A DNA stretch of 64,000 nucleotides. Source: Octopus vulgaris. Taxonomy: Eukaryota. Every line of letters begins with the position of its first letter. The first letter of the stretch is position 1. Where the stretch lies: contig OX597825.1 of NCBI GenBank assembly GCA_951406725.2, positions 39,494,001 to 39,558,000 of the forward strand. Direction: 5' to 3'. The position numbers and the translations under genes were made by a program. Below are positions 1 to 14,747 of this stretch, one piece after another. Under the pieces are notes generated by a model. That model was not told the origin of the DNA. It did no database searches and saw nothing but the letters and a program-made list of their open reading frames with translations.

Positions 1-1289
1 AAGAGCCTCCTATAATAGAAGTGACAATATAGAAACGTCCAAAGGAAGAACTATAATGGAACAAACGGAAACGAGAAAGAATAGATTTATTTTCTTTCTT
101 CTGGGGATTTGAGATACTTCAAAATAAAAGTAAGAATGTTTTGAAATGCATATGGAGCTATGAATAAGTTGCCGTAACGTATCGGGTGAAGAAAAATAAA
201 ATAAATGGGGGATTATGGTAGTAAGTAACATACGGGAGTCAAATCACGTGTCTATCGTAAGCGGAACCGTTGTGATACCACTGACATAAACAAATACACG
301 CAAAGTTTCGGCCATACATGTTAAGATCATCTATTGCTTGATTCTGAACCACTGAGTAATTGTAAACTCATTCTTTTCGAAACGTTAAAATTCAAACGCG
401 TCTTGAGAGAGAAAACGGACGATAATAATAATAATCATATGAATAATCGAACCAAGTATAATAATTCCCAAAAGGTACGGTAGTGTGAGACAAAATATTT
501 TGCAGACATAAGTCTGTCTAAATTTTAAAAATTTACTATACTATTAAGTTTTTCTAAAATTATATTATTTCTTTTGAAACATTTGGACGAATGAAGTTAG
601 TATTTTACTTAAAGGTAGACGAAATTGATCTCAAACACATATAGATGTTTAGCACTATTAGCTAAACAGCTATGTTTAATCTACTCAAAAAAGATCTCAA
701 TAACTTGAAGCATCTGTCATAATTGCGCATTAGACTGTGGTGGTTCACCACGATACGGCGGAATTACGATCTGATGTATTATGTAATTCTGTTTATTTTC
801 GTGAGGAAGTGGTATTTTTACTAGAGAAAGTGTGGTCAAATATATATAAATATTTTTGATGGCGGAATGGCTGTGGGAAAACATAAATATTATGTACTAC
901 TATTATTCTATTTGCGAATCACCTCCGTAAAACACCCACACTGATGCATATTGATATATTACACTCCTTTCAAAATATTTGTTCATCTCCAAAGTGTATT
1001 GTATATTGTCCCTCTAGATGTGTTTCCAATGTAAAAACTAAATGGAAAGCATGTTCATATGTGACATTTCTAATTAAGCTAATTTGTCAAATCCGATAAC
1101 GAGAAAAAAGTATTCAACGTAAAAAATATTAGCTTGACAGATAAAGTCAATCCTTTCTGCACAATGTCATTTGATTTAACACGAACGAGCATATGTTTGT
1201 CATAGTGTGTTATGGTTTTTGTTTATCATTCTTCTACAACTTTGCTTAATGTTTTTCAAATTCGAACTGTATAGTCCACTTTCTTCAGG

Positions 1290-2321
1290 CATATGACGAT
1301 CGAGTGTCAAGTACAAAAAGAATGCATTTACAGCATTTGCTTCTGTTCAGTTTCCATAGTTTAGAGGGCTGCGAAAACCGCTTAAAACATATGTACTATG
1401 TACGGAGAACTGGTTATTGCTGAAAGAACTGAGCAGTAAAGATTTTTCACGATTCCACGTGGGAAAACGCGACCTCACAAACTCACCGTGCTCCATCGGA
1501 CCTGTTCAATTAAACGAATGTCTTTATACATGATCTCACGAGAATACACGGCAAATCGCTGGGAAAATGTCCGAACTGTTGAGAAGCTCATATGTTACCG
1601 TCGTCCGTTACATTCATTTGATGGCTAGGATCCAAGAACTCGGTGCATGGCGCCCACAAGCTCTATCCAAATTCCACTGCTACAATACCATTATTTAGCT
1701 CACTTTTTACGATGTTATTCGGGAATACGGATATCTTTTTCCAACGATGTCATCAGTAATAAGAAATGGTACCGTTATATCAATAATAATCAGAGCACAG
1801 AATGTTCTAATATGCAAAGCAACATCTGGAATTATGCCAGAGTAGCATTCATACAGGACAAATATATAAAATTTTCCTTTTGTGGAACTGGGATGTGCTA
1901 CTTTATCATCAAATACATAGAAACAAAGTCATGATCACTGCAGATCTATACGACTATCAATCGTCAGAGAAACAATCAAACTGAAACGACTCAACGAGCA
2001 ACACACTATGTTTCTCCAACAAAGGAATGCTCTCCACTCCCTTGTTGCTTATTTGATCAAATGTGTTACTCCGGAGCCTCCTTTAAGAGACTCTACGACG
2101 CCCAATGATTTATCCTCGCATACTGGCTTCAGATTATTACCTTTTGCGGTCAATTTCCAACTGACACCGGGAGGTTTCGTTCAACAATGATGTAGAGATA
2201 AGATTGTTAATCGACGATTTCATCAAATCGAGAGCCAGTGATTTATAGTGGAATGGCAATGATAACAAAATTAAACTTTGAAAAAATCATGAACGAGAAA
2301 TACGAATATATTATTGATTAA
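1290..2321 (+). mobile_element. Decayed mariner (DD34D) transposase relic
   Basis: Manual translation across frameshifts gives HLQHLLLFSF, NICTMYGELVIAERT, LGAWRPQAL (WVPHEL-like), VISNKKWYRYIN (VTGDEKW-like), LQQRNALH (HDNARPH-like), LASDYYLLR (LAPSDYHLF-like) and terminal EYIID*. Confidence 0.75.
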
Positions 2322-3570
2322 TTTGTTAAAATTATTAATGAAAAATAAGGATTTAAAATGAATAATAGCAAATAAAGCTAAATAATTTTTCTGACAACCC
2401 AAAGTACATATGTATGAATCTGAGCCATTGGCATTAATCTGAACCATTAGCAGGAAAATCCGTTCGGTACTTTCTAATGTTATTTGCTGAAAACCTTTGT
2501 AGCTATGGCAGAGACTCTTATGTACTGTATTTCTTTGTTATTTTTTCTTCTACACATAGGTACTGTGCAAATTTACTTAATTGTTACAAGTGTAACATGC
2601 TATACAAAGGCAGAACACTATTTCTAAAAAGGATAATTGAGCAGCTACTGATTTTCTTTGTTGTTCGACAACGTATATGGATAAAGCTATTTAAAATTAT
2701 CAAAACATTAAAATATATTTTGAGATCACATCGTAAAACATAATAACATGTCGAAATTTTGCATACAGAATAATAGCTTAAATGAAAGACATGCAAGTAA
2801 AGAAAATGAATGAACGTCAGAACCGTAGTAGTATCAAGATTCTTCGTCCTATACGGAAAGGAGAGCATAGCATTGGTTAAACAACGTATAATAAAATAAT
2901 CTTTAATGCCGCTTTCTGTAAAATTTACATAACTGAGTTATTCTCTAAAGTAGTCACACAAAATCAAAATCACGATTAAACGTAAAAGTTACATATAATA
3001 ACTAATCAACTTTACATACGTAGACGTTGATAGAGGGAAAATGATGGGTAAAAAATATTCTTTGATACCTAATACACCGTATAAATATTAATTATTTATA
3101 ACTACAGGAATAGGCGAACGAAAATCGATCAAATAAAACTGTATTCACATGAAATGCATTCGAGCTTCAATAATAGGTAGGAAAATATATTTGAGAAGTA
3201 TTTCAAATTTAGAATTTATAACATTCAGGCTCTCTGATTAAACTTATATTGAAGTAAATGTGAATGATTGAATAACGCTAAAGTGTAAAGTGGAAAAACA
3301 TATCAAAATATGAAGTAAAGAGTCATTTGAAAATGTTATATAATATTAGCATGAAAAAGAAATCTCGTAGCTGTTTTCAAAAAGATCAGATATTTAAGCG
3401 CTTTTTACTTACCTACCATAAAACCTGTTTGCATTAATATCTTTATGTAATGGCGGAATTTGAAATCATAAGGCGAAGACAGAAGAAATGCCGCTTAGCA
3501 TATTTTAAGCATGATAATGACTCTGACAACTCGCCGCCTTCCTTACCAGTAAAGAACAACTGCAAGAAAT

Positions 3571-3614
3571 GTTGCTGCTGCTGTTGCGGCTAATACTACT
3601 GCTGCTGCTACTAC

Positions 3615-3654
<40 letters not shown>
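3571..3654. repeat. (CTG/CTA)n trinucleotide microsatellite
   Basis: Direct read of gctgctg...ctactacta tract. Confidence 0.9.
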
Positions 3655-3655
<1 letters not shown>

Positions 3656-5989
3656 CCCAAGCTGAATTCTGCAGGAAACCAACTACTGTCACCATTCGTA
3701 TGTTGGGAGCAAATCATGTAAACTTCCGGAACTTCTTGGAAGTTTATTTTATTTCACTGCATATGTCCTTCTCTAACAATATGAAGAAAACTTGCTAAAA
3801 TTGCTTGAAACTAGTATATTTTGAAAAGAAATTTAAATACGTTCTCGTTATAAATTCTTAAAGCCATTCTTTGTTTATTTTCTATTTGATTCCCAAATAA
3901 ATTTAGTCGCGTGAAACCTACTAACCTTTCTAATTTATTTACATATATATAGTACTAAATGTTGTGTAAAATATTGAAAAATTAACTTTTGTAGCGCAAG
4001 CATTATATTACACAGAATTTAATACGTTGCATAGAACGCTTAGATATTTTTATTTTATCAATATTTCACTGTCTACTCTGAGTTTTGGTATAATAAGAAA
4101 AGATAATATTAAATAATTAAAATATACTGTGGCCATACTATTTTAGAATGCTTGTTAATGTTTATTCCGTGGACTCTTCTATCAAAACATATAAATTTAT
4201 ATTTGCCAACGATATCTTGTACAAACTCGGGTTTAATTTACAGCGTCATAAGCTGGAAATGTTGAAAGCTTCATTAGAAGCTGAAGCACTGCTCGTGCGC
4301 ATCGAAGTTGCTCAGTTTTCCTATTAAGAAGGATATTTTTCTGGGTATGATTAAATACATAAAGTGACGTCTAAAGTTTCTAAAGCAGACCAAGCTAAAT
4401 ATATGAGAAGAATAATTTATATGTCAATGAGAACCAGCTTATAAATTACACTATCGGACATTTATGTATAATAATATGCGTAAAGTTACGTTCAGGCAAT
4501 GAGAATCTACTACACAAATTGACCCAGTTAACAGAAAGAGTGTAACTTCTGATGAGTTGAAAATATGCCACAAGAAATATATTTAGAGTAGAGAACAAAA
4601 CATAATATAACTAAATTGATAACGGCGGTTAAGGTAAGTTCACTCTCAGGACTCGAATTTAGATAATGCATATATATATACTTTTGGGGCAGTGCTTTAT
4701 TGAGCAGTAGACACAGAATGTAGAAACGCAGCCGTATAACATTTATTTGAGAACGATAATCATCATAGCGTAAAGTATTGGAGGTTTATCATACAAACGC
4801 CGAAAATTATAGATTTTCAGCGGAATACTGCCCAGCTAGCAATCAGAAACTTTATATTCATTTTTCTACAAAGAAATTCCGATATACAAAATATCTGTAA
4901 CTTTATGTGACTAAGTTTGACAACTCGAAATACGTATGTGATTTAATGTACAGCTTTAACTTGTGAAAACTGAAGGGTATTCATTTCCTCCATTCCCATA
5001 ATTTCATAGAATAAAAAGTTTTGTGCTTACTGCTTTCCATTCCTATTATTTAATCTTTTACATCAATCAGCAAATCGTTCAAATTTCATTGCTGCTATAG
5101 TGCAAATCAGAAGTTCACTTTTCCCATAATTCCATAAGTATGTGTCATATAATGCTCATAGAACTTGTGCTAAATTGGCATGTTTACATTAGGACTTGAA
5201 GCTGAAAATCCAGATATATAACAGTTTTCAGTTTGAATTTATACTGTTCTGATTGGACGCCAAAGTATGTAATGATCAGATCTCGAAATAAGATTTCTCT
5301 TTTATATTGTCTAAATACGATGCTGATGCGACAAGTGCATGTAACATGTAACAGTAGTTAGTCCGGCATTGTTTTTGTTGGTCGTGCTTGAAAAGAGATT
5401 ATGTCTGTTCACTATAATTCAGTAAAGTGATTGCTAAACAAAACCCTATATTGTTATATGCAACCTGAGCTTTTAAGGGTCATTAACTAATCCACTAAAT
5501 TGGTAGTCAAATTTCATCTCCAGTAACGTTTTCCACATTACAAAAGGATGCTTATAGTGCCTATTTCCTACTTTCACTGCCGATCTAAATGTTTACGTTT
5601 AATACGCCAATTTTCATGTATTTATGATATCATGTTTGGTTTCGTAAATTTACAAACGACGATTGACAATCCACTGTGCTTGAACCTGCAGCTTCTGCAA
5701 CTATTAAGCTTTACAAATCATGCAGTACATTGCGTGAACCGGATATTCCGAAGACATTCTTCCATAAAAGTACTTTTATTCTACACCATCGTTCATATTT
5801 CTGTTATCATTCCATCAAATTGCTACTGCTCTTATGTATATGGCATGCTGAGCATCGAATGTGTGAACTATATCATATTAATATTTTGTTTGATTGACTT
5901 TTTCCGAGATTAATTGTATAATTGACGCATATACACAATGTAAGCAAACGTTTTAATTTTAATCGATTAATTACGTGTTTTGACTGAAA

Positions 5990-6870
5990 CGGTCATATGT
6001 TGACCAAGATACTGCCATAAAACGTTACCAAATGAGTTTTATTTTTCAACATAGTCAAACGTTCGGTCCACGCACTTTTTACGTCGATGTTGCATTGCTC
6101 CGATACCATTGGACTGATAGGAGGAAGAAACGTTCATACTGTCGGTCAAAAAGTCAGCGGCTGCATTTAAAACTTCATTATCACCGCAATATGCTTCCCA
6201 GGCAAGTGTTTCTTTGTCATTCTGGGGAACATATGTTATGTCAAATGGAGCGAAATAAGGAAAGTATGGACGGTGATCAACCGAATTAAAGATACAGTTA
6301 CTCAAAGCGCCCATTGACACCAAGGATTTGTATGATGAAGCAATGTCATCATGAAGCAAGATCCCCTTCGTCAGTTCTCCGGGGCTTATTATCTTGATAG
6401 CCTTTCGTAATTGCATCCACATGCTGGCATGGTACTCTCTGGCGATGGCGTGGCCCATTTGAAGGATGTCCAGACCTTGCGTCATCCTTAAGACTCTCCC
6501 TATCTCTCTGACATTAGGCTGCCCATATTTGAATTGTTCATAAAGCTGGTGTGTATCACATGATGTAGAAACCATGTCAGGATGAATGTCTTACAAGCTA
6601 AACATTTTTTCTGCTTGTACTTGATAAGACCACAGTGACAAATGCTGTTCACTTTTAAGAGAAATCGCTACTAGTTGTTGTTGGTGAAGTCTTTTGTCTG
6701 GAATCATATGTCAGTTACCGGAGTGAAACAATGCAGTTATTAGTAAGAAGCGTTGACAATAACGTATGAAAGATTTCACAGCACTATCATCTCTCCACCA
6801 TAGTCAGCCTTATAGGTTTTATAAGTAATTTTGTACGGAAATCGTATTTTTCCTAGATCATTTTATGAAC
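5990..6870 (-). mobile_element. Decayed mariner transposase C-terminal relic
   Basis: ORF 6039-6575 contains GILLHDD, HRPYFPYFAPFD (HPPYSPDLAPSD-like) and ends KKCVDRTFDYVEK, a typical mariner C-terminus. Outer boundaries approximate. Confidence 0.8.
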
Positions 6871-8560
6871 ATTCCAAGATGAGTGAATATGTAGTTACAC
6901 ATTAGCATTATATCTGGATCGAAAAACTGTTTTGAAGATTTAGAAATGTGTATGTAACAATAATTCTACGAAAGCAATCATATCAGCAGCATATATTATA
7001 AATACATTTCCATTCCACCCATAGATTCCGTAACTATGTTCTTAAAGGTTCCTCAAGTTTACACTATCTGGTGGTCATCCGAAAGCAAATAGAAATTTAT
7101 AATAAAAGAAAAATCTCGACTTCAGTTCTACGTTTCCGACGGAATACATTGAGGATTATTAATCGTCAGAATTTTGTATCATTTAGAACAGATTTAGGCA
7201 AATAGAGAAGAAAACATAATAATAAATTCATTCTCAATGTTTGCTAATAAATAAATGTAATATTTTACAAATATTGTCATAAACGCAAAATACATATATT
7301 CACATTATGGTGGTCTGTTGTAATCAGATCTAACACAGAAATCAATAGATTCCATAACATTGAGACTAAAACATCAATGGCATCACAGTGTTTATTTTCA
7401 GAATTCAGAGCTTTCGGTAGGAAACGAATGCCTGGATTAATGCTAAGTAATTATTTACCATTTAGCTGAGTCTTTCACGATAAAAAGTTTATAGTGGAAG
7501 GTCCAATATTGAGAATAGTTACGATCAAAGTGCAGAGACTATTGACGGTTACGAATGACAAAATAAAATAAATGTTGACATAGTTATAAATAATTATATA
7601 GGAAAGCATCGTAAATAAATGTGTAAAACGTTCTCATTCTTATTTTGTATCCTTTATCTAACATTCAAAGAGATAATATATTTTACGGATAAAAATACAA
7701 AAAAGCAAACTCAATGATAATATTATAAGTAACAAGAAAAAACAAAAATGTAGTAGACGGAGACGATAAATAGTATAACTCATTATAAGATTAAACTGAG
7801 AATCTGATTTGCTTACTTAGAAGATGGAGGCACAATGGGCAGACACTATTTTGAGCCGCATAGCCTTTGAAAAGTTACAAAATCATTGAGGCAATGTGGT
7901 TAAACTAGAGAGGTATGCTTGGAATTGGTGATTTCAATTTTCACCGGCAGGATAACAGATACACTTTCCACATATATTCTTGAAGATGCATTTATATCAA
8001 CACTTGAATTTCAGGATTTGGGAGCAAATTTTCCTCAAGCTACACAAGCTTTGGTTTGCAAAGTTAATGGTTATATTAGGTGGCTGCATATCCGTCAATG
8101 ACAGATATGTTTGATGAGGGCTAATCTAGTATTACGGAAGTACGAATGCAACAAATCAGAGAAGTAGCTAAAGGAAAATGAATTTGAAACGATGCAGTAT
8201 TTTAACAACGTGTTAATGCACTTGAAAGAGTTTCGGGCTGCTGAAGTGATGGGAAATGCAGGAGTTGTATCTCGGTCAATAAAAGGATTGCCATTCTAAG
8301 TATGGGGGGTTGAATATGTATTTGGATGTGTGTGAATAGTATAACTGTTTTTGATTGATTACTAAATTGCATTCTACTTTTTGTAGAGGAATTAGAAACC
8401 AAGAGCGGGTTTATATGAATTTATTTATATTATATTTCTAGTTGCTGGCTGAGACATAAAAACAAATAAGTGTAAAATATTTTTTTTATGTTCTTATTTA
8501 TCAGAGTACCTACTGCAAAGCAAGCAACCTATATATGGAAACGTGTAGGCAAATTGTTTT

Positions 8561-8683
<123 letters not shown>

Positions 8684-8899
8684 ATTTCACAATAGCTAAT
8701 AAGTAATTATTTCATATTTGGAATTGGTTTGCAAGATACTTTGTGAGTTCGTGTGTCAAAGCATATTCTGCTGTGTCTGGGAAGAGTTATTTTCTTTTTG
8801 TGCCTTATAATACTAAATAGGAAATATACATAGTAGATATCATATCTCCAAACCCACGGTTTACACAGGTAAAGTAGAATAGTAAGTGGGCTGTTATGT

Positions 8900-9450
8900 A
8901 GATAGATGTATGTATGTGTCCGTGCGTGGGTATGTGCGTGTGTGCACATGTATGTAATCATATAGATATGGAAATAAACAGATCAACATACAGACGGATA
9001 AGTACATAGGTTATATGAACAGACAAGCACACATACGCAAATGTAGACTGATACACATGACCATATATACACCCACACGTTACTCCACACATATAGAGAT
9101 GCGCATCCATACAAACAGACATGGTACATAGTTGCAAACACACACCCACCCACCCACATACAGACATGCACGCACAAGGAGACAGAGGTGCATACATATA
9201 CAAGTACACGCTCACACACATACATAAAAGTACACAAACATGTACATGCAAACACATGAATATGAAGAATACATAAATACATATGCACAGAGATACATAC
9301 ATATACACATATGCCTACGCACACATATACATACACACACATGCATACATAGATACATATATACATACATACATACATACATACATACATACATGCATGC
9401 ATAGGCACACACACACTGACCCACACATAATGGCACAAACAAACAAACAC
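8900..9450. repeat. Degenerate (CA)/(TACA)n low-complexity tract
   Basis: Direct read. It explains the C/V/M/Y-rich spurious ORFs at 8.7-9.6 kb. Confidence 0.9.
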
Positions 9451-11542
9451 GAACGCTGTGTAAATAACAGACTATTGAAAAAGTTGCATGACGCAACGAA
9501 AATTTGATGAAAATAAAAATAAGAAATAAGTGGAAATTTTACCGGTGAGTGTGTTAAATTATAAGGCACAAAAAGAAAATGACTCTCCCCAGACACAACA
9601 TAATAAACAATTGAATATTCATTTTTGTGAAATATTTATCGTTCTTGAATACTTTAACACGAATATGTCTAGAGGAATAATATCAGTTTGAACGAGATCT
9701 ATGTATATAAACTTATGCAATATATTTTAGAACGATATATATAATGTATTTTAAAATGACAGTAAATATATGCACCGTCATTGTACGTATAAATAAGGAC
9801 GCCAGTAATACTGCATTGAAAATAAAATTAATGCTGATCCGTTTAGGTACGAATCAAAGATACCTTGTTAAGCAGTAGTTTTTCATCATTGCTGATAGCC
9901 ATAATGTTTATTATCAAAGGTTAAATGCAGTGGCTCATAACGTTTTGTAAGCGATATCCTTCTATAAATAATGAAATATGGATGACGGAATCATAAGTGT
10001 ATGCTTTTAAGGAATCAAAAGATAAAAATATTCTAAAAATGCTAGGTATGTGGATATTTCAAATAGTGAATAAATGAAAAGTATGTTTTATCTGTCATCC
10101 GTTGAAAACGAAAATAGACAAATCAACAACAAGAGTAATAATACATAGTATATGCGTATGTAGATTTACGCGGATATATAATTGAAGAGAAAACAACGAA
10201 AATTGTGACAGAATAAAATGAAAAAAACATAATACTTGTGAAACAAACATTGCCATGAGAACATAAATCTAAGTAAAAATCAAAGAAATCAATGTCAAAT
10301 GTGATAATTAATATTAACAATGTTAATGATCGCGGGAGTGTGCAAGATATTTAATATAAATGTCCCAATTCAAAATATATTAAAACAACAAAATGTCGAT
10401 TATAAATGCCTGTCCCATAAAAGGTTTTCATTTACTGTTTCGCATAGTAGTAAAAACCGTATGGAAACTTCTCTTTTAGTTATACTTTCTCTAGGTTCCT
10501 GTTTGATACAATGAAGGTTCAAACGGATTATTTTCTTAATCTCTTCTAACATTTATTTTAATTCTATATGCGCAAGAATGTACACATTGCCGGAAGGGAT
10601 GGACGAAATAAAGAACATTACAAAAGGTCGAACTACTACATACTTTTTGAAGTTTATTTGAAGTGACAAACAAAAAGCCAATTGACATTTCAATACGGCA
10701 TAATAGCCAAAAATAAAGAACATCTCTCCGCGGGTAGTGAGTCACGTGAGGAATCTAATCTTGAGTAATCACTCCTCCGTAAAGCGGAATAAATTTCTAA
10801 ATTAGCTCTCTCGTGTCTTCTTAAGATCATTAAACTGTGCAGAACTGTTATTGATATTGTTAGAACCACGGTGAAGCGAAGCATCAAGAAAATACATACG
10901 TGCATAATAGATACAAAGACAATATTTTCAAAAACTCAGACATTTGTATGTATGTGTATGTGTGTCTGTGCGTGCATGTGTGTATGTATGTGTATGTGTG
11001 TGTCTCTGTGTGCATGTGTATGTGTGTTTGGTTAAGTGTGTCTGTGCATGTGTAGATAAAAGGATAATTAGATAAATACGTATGCATATGCACCTATTGC
11101 ACATGTGCTCGTGTGTAAATTGGAAGATAGGTAAAATGGTTTGGACAGATACACACCAGACAATATGAGTCGCAATATTTTTACTGCTTCTCGGAGATGT
11201 TATTATATTCTCATCAACAACAATATAATGTATTATACCTGACCACTCTCCAATTGTATTTAAAGCTAGCTTTAGTACGAACATACTTTAAATATTTGAC
11301 AATTTTGGAAATTATATCGCTTAATCAAATTTCTGAATCATCAAGAGAATTTAATTCATATTTTATTAGAAAGTGCGGGTAACATCGTCGGTATTTCTGC
11401 ATCATAGAATCTAAATTTAAAAAGCAGTTCTTTGTTACATTGGAGTGTGACAAATAGCCTTTATGGTTATTTACGTTTATCGAAATTCCGTATGCGCAGG
11501 TATAAAAGATTGGACGACTTACAGATATTGCATTATAGATGT

Positions 11543-13400
11543 ATACAGGGGTCAGCTGAATACTTTAATGACTGTCAGAGATATTCTCATCGAATGTGAC
11601 CAAACGAATTTTTTTAAACCTAGTCCCTTTCGTAGATCACAGACTTCTTTCATCAATGCTGCAAATTTCCTAACTGAAGAAGCTTTAATCCTCTTGGTCA
11701 GAAAGTCATGAACAGCTGATATGACGATACCATCTCGGCGATACTGGCTTCAAGTCAGATGTTTCTCCATGTTGGAGGATAAGTGATAATCATATGCAGC
11801 CAATTCAGGAGAACAGCGATGGTTATCAAAAGGCTGAAAGACTCATTAATGCACAGCACCCATTAAAAACAAAAAAAATCAAGCTGGAAAATTACTCCCT
11901 ATTTATGGTGTAGCCATTTTGTATTCAAAAAGAACTGAGGCCATAACATTACTTAGTCTTAGTCTTCATAATTAACCTTTTCTTAGTCTTCATAAATGAC
12001 GCCCGACCCTCACGCAACACACCCTTCTATTTGCCGACGATGTCAAACTGGTCGCTCCTCGCGGTGATATAGAGGATCTTCGTCGATGCCTCCACCAAAT
12101 TTGGAGATGGTCTAACGAATGGGACCTGTGTCTGAACGTGTCAAAGTGCTGTCATCTGCTTGTTGGCTCTCCTCCTGCAACTCAACTTTATTTCGAGCCG
12201 GGTCCTCTGCTGCTGGAGAGGACTGATCAGGTAAAGGACCTGGGAATCTTGGTGGATTCCTCCTTTTCGCCTTCGGCCCAGTGCGCCCATGCCGCCAACA
12301 AAGCATGCGGAATTCTGTTCTTGATTCGACGGTCATTCGGAATGCTCACAGCAGCCATATTCTTACCGCTCTATGTCACGCCGGTGAGACCCATATTAGA
12401 GTACGGGATTCAAGCCTCTTCTCCTTATCTCCTCAAAGACATACAGCATCTCGAAAGAGTCCAGAAGCTGGCTACCCGCATGGTTCTTGGTCTCAAGAAT
12501 TTGTCTTATGAAGAAAGGCTGAAGACGCCCGACCTTTATTCTCTAGAAAAACGACGACGCCGTGGAGATCTCATTCTTGCTCACAACATCATAAGCGAAA
12601 AGTGTAACCTCTCGAAAGAGATGTTCTTCATTCCTGCTCCAGAGCGTCGGCTGCGTGGTCATTCCGAAAAGCTCTATCTGCGATGATTTCATCTCAAACG
12701 AAGGAGAGGTGCTTTCTCCATCCGGGTTGCAGATCCGTGGAATAAGCTGCCAGACGAGATGGTGAAGATGCCGACGACCGCTCGGTTCAAAGTCTCCCTT
12801 GACCTCAAGTGGCTTGAACTCTTTACATGAACACCACCCTGTATATAACTCCATGTCCCCCTACATGACCTTGTTTTTTGCTATTTGAGCCAAAAAATTA
12901 ACTAACTAACTTGCAAATCGTACGACAGTGGCCTTCTTTGAAGGTTATTTCCATGGCACTGTATGTCTGTGTTTCTGAGATTCAAAGTGATGAATCCAAT
13001 ACTCATCCTAGATTCGGAAACGATCAACGAAAACAGCTGGATCTAATTCAAACATTGTCAGATATTCCTGTATTATGATCAGCATTTTGATTGCATGTCA
13101 GAAAACGTGCTGATTTTGTTGTGCATAATATACTCCACACTCCAACAAGATATGCTAATAGCATTGTCTTCAAGTCACTCCCAGACATTCCTAAATTCAG
13201 TTGCTCCCTTTTGCGTTGTTGATGAAGCTGAGGCGTCATCCCCTAATGTAGCATCATGTCAACAAAAACGTTTTGTGGGGCTAAAACCTTTTTTTGTCTG
13301 CTTTCAAGAGTGACAGATATCAGCTTACCTGGAAAGAAACAATACCGATATCAATAAAAATGGTTCAATTCCATGATTGCATGATTTGACAGCTCTACTA
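11543..13400 (-). mobile_element. Decayed mariner element interrupted by a CR1/L2 insertion
   Basis: Minus strand, read across frameshifts: N-terminal ATLGDDASASSTTQKGATEFRN (~13180-13260) and DEYWIHHFESQ (~12980-13010), then on the other side of the LINE the C-terminal VISAVHDF (~11700-11730). Confidence 0.7.
11977..12911 (+). mobile_element. 5'-truncated CR1/L2-group LINE (RT C-terminus + 3' UTR)
   Basis: LFADDVKL at ~12028. ORF 12138-12686 has KDLGILVD, RPILEYG, LERVQKLATRMV, SYEERL, LEKRRRRGDLI and RGHS. Ends in a (TAAC)n tail at ~12899-12911. Confidence 0.92.
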
Positions 13401-13705
13401 TTATTGAGAGAGAGAGAGAGCTCACAGATGAGATCCAGATATTCCCCGTATAGAAAATAGTAGTGTCAAAGACATTCAAAGTTAGATGCCGATGAATTTA
13501 CAGAGGATCCTTCTAGAAAGTAAAGAAAGGCTTTGAGATATAAGAGGGATAAAGTTGAGCGGGTATAGTCACGTAATTATATGGATAAACAAATTAGAGG
13601 CACGATATATATTAAACATATTGAAAAAAACAATTACATAATATGTGTGTAAGTACACTTGCAAAATGAGAGAAGGCAAAATGTGGACACTTCCAGACTA
13701 TGAAT

Positions 13706-13783
<78 letters not shown>

Positions 13784-14060
13784 TTAATTGGTTCGATTTA
13801 TACAGAGTACAAGCGACAGAGAAAATTAAAAAAGCGAGTGGAAAAAGATATTATTACAAGGAAAAATGCGGGCGCATGCATGTCAATTTTCTGGAAAAGG
13901 ACAGAACAAGATTTTTACAGTAGTATTTGACTAATTCGTCACCCGTAAAGGAAATTAAAAAGTACTTAAAATTAAAATTCTATTGTACTTAAAATATTAC
14001 ACCCGAGAAAAGCATTTTGAAAATTTACTATATTTTATTAAAACAATAACTTAAAAAACA

Positions 14061-14364
14061 GTGAGGGCGCGTGGCTTAGTGGTTAGGGCATTCGGCTCAT
14101 GATCGTAAGGTTGTGAGTTCGATTCCCGGCGACGCGTTGTGTCCTTGAGCAAGACACTTTATTTCACGTTGCTCCAGTCCACTCAGCTGGCAAAAATGAG
14201 TTGTACTTGTATTTCAAAGGGTCAGCCTTGTCACTCTCTGTGTCACGCTGGTTATCCCCGAGAACTACGTTAAGGGTACACGTGTCTGTGGAATGCTCAG
14301 CCATTTGCACGTTAATTTCACGAGCAATCTGTTCCGTTGATCGTATCAGCTGGGACCCTCGTCG
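14061..14364 (+). mobile_element. tRNA-derived SINE flanked by a ~66 bp direct repeat
   Basis: A-box-like TGGCTTAGTGG, B-box GTTCGATTCC, and downstream tgtccttgagcaagacactt. Flanks 13995-14060 and 14365-14429 are near identical. Confidence 0.9.
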
Positions 14365-14646
14365 TATTACACCCGAGAAGAGCATTTTGAAAATTTACTA
14401 TATTTTATTAAAACAATAACTTAAAAACATTACTGTTTTTTTTCCAAAAATAAGCCCGTCCGATTTTAAGCCAATGGGCTTATATTAAGAAAGTATTTTC
14501 ATGTATAGCACCAGTAATTTTTATTATTTTCATTAAAAAAATTATTTAAGCAAAATTCTTTAAGTTTCTATTTAAGCCCATGTGGTTATTTTTGGAAACA
14601 GCTGTATTTTAAAAATGAATTAAAATAAAATCAATTTCAAAAAATA

Positions 14647-14747
14647 CAATAGAATTCGCCTAATTACTCATCGCTAGGAGAAAATTGAAAGTGAGGAATT
14701 AGGTGAAGTAATGAATTAGCCAAAGATGAATTAGGCTAATTCTACTG
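14647..14747. mobile_element. ~100 bp Tc1/pogo-type MITE
   Basis: TA|caatagaattcgcctaatt ... aattaggctaattctactg|TA: ~19 bp imperfect TIRs with TA on both sides. Confidence 0.65.

Noticed and set aside
10738-10750. Overlapping AP-1/E-box motif TGAGTCACGTG
   Set aside because: A single short motif with no linked gene or conservation evidence.
14064-14135. tRNA gene
   Set aside because: It continues into a SINE body shared with the 24.7 kb copy and has no convincing acceptor stem.
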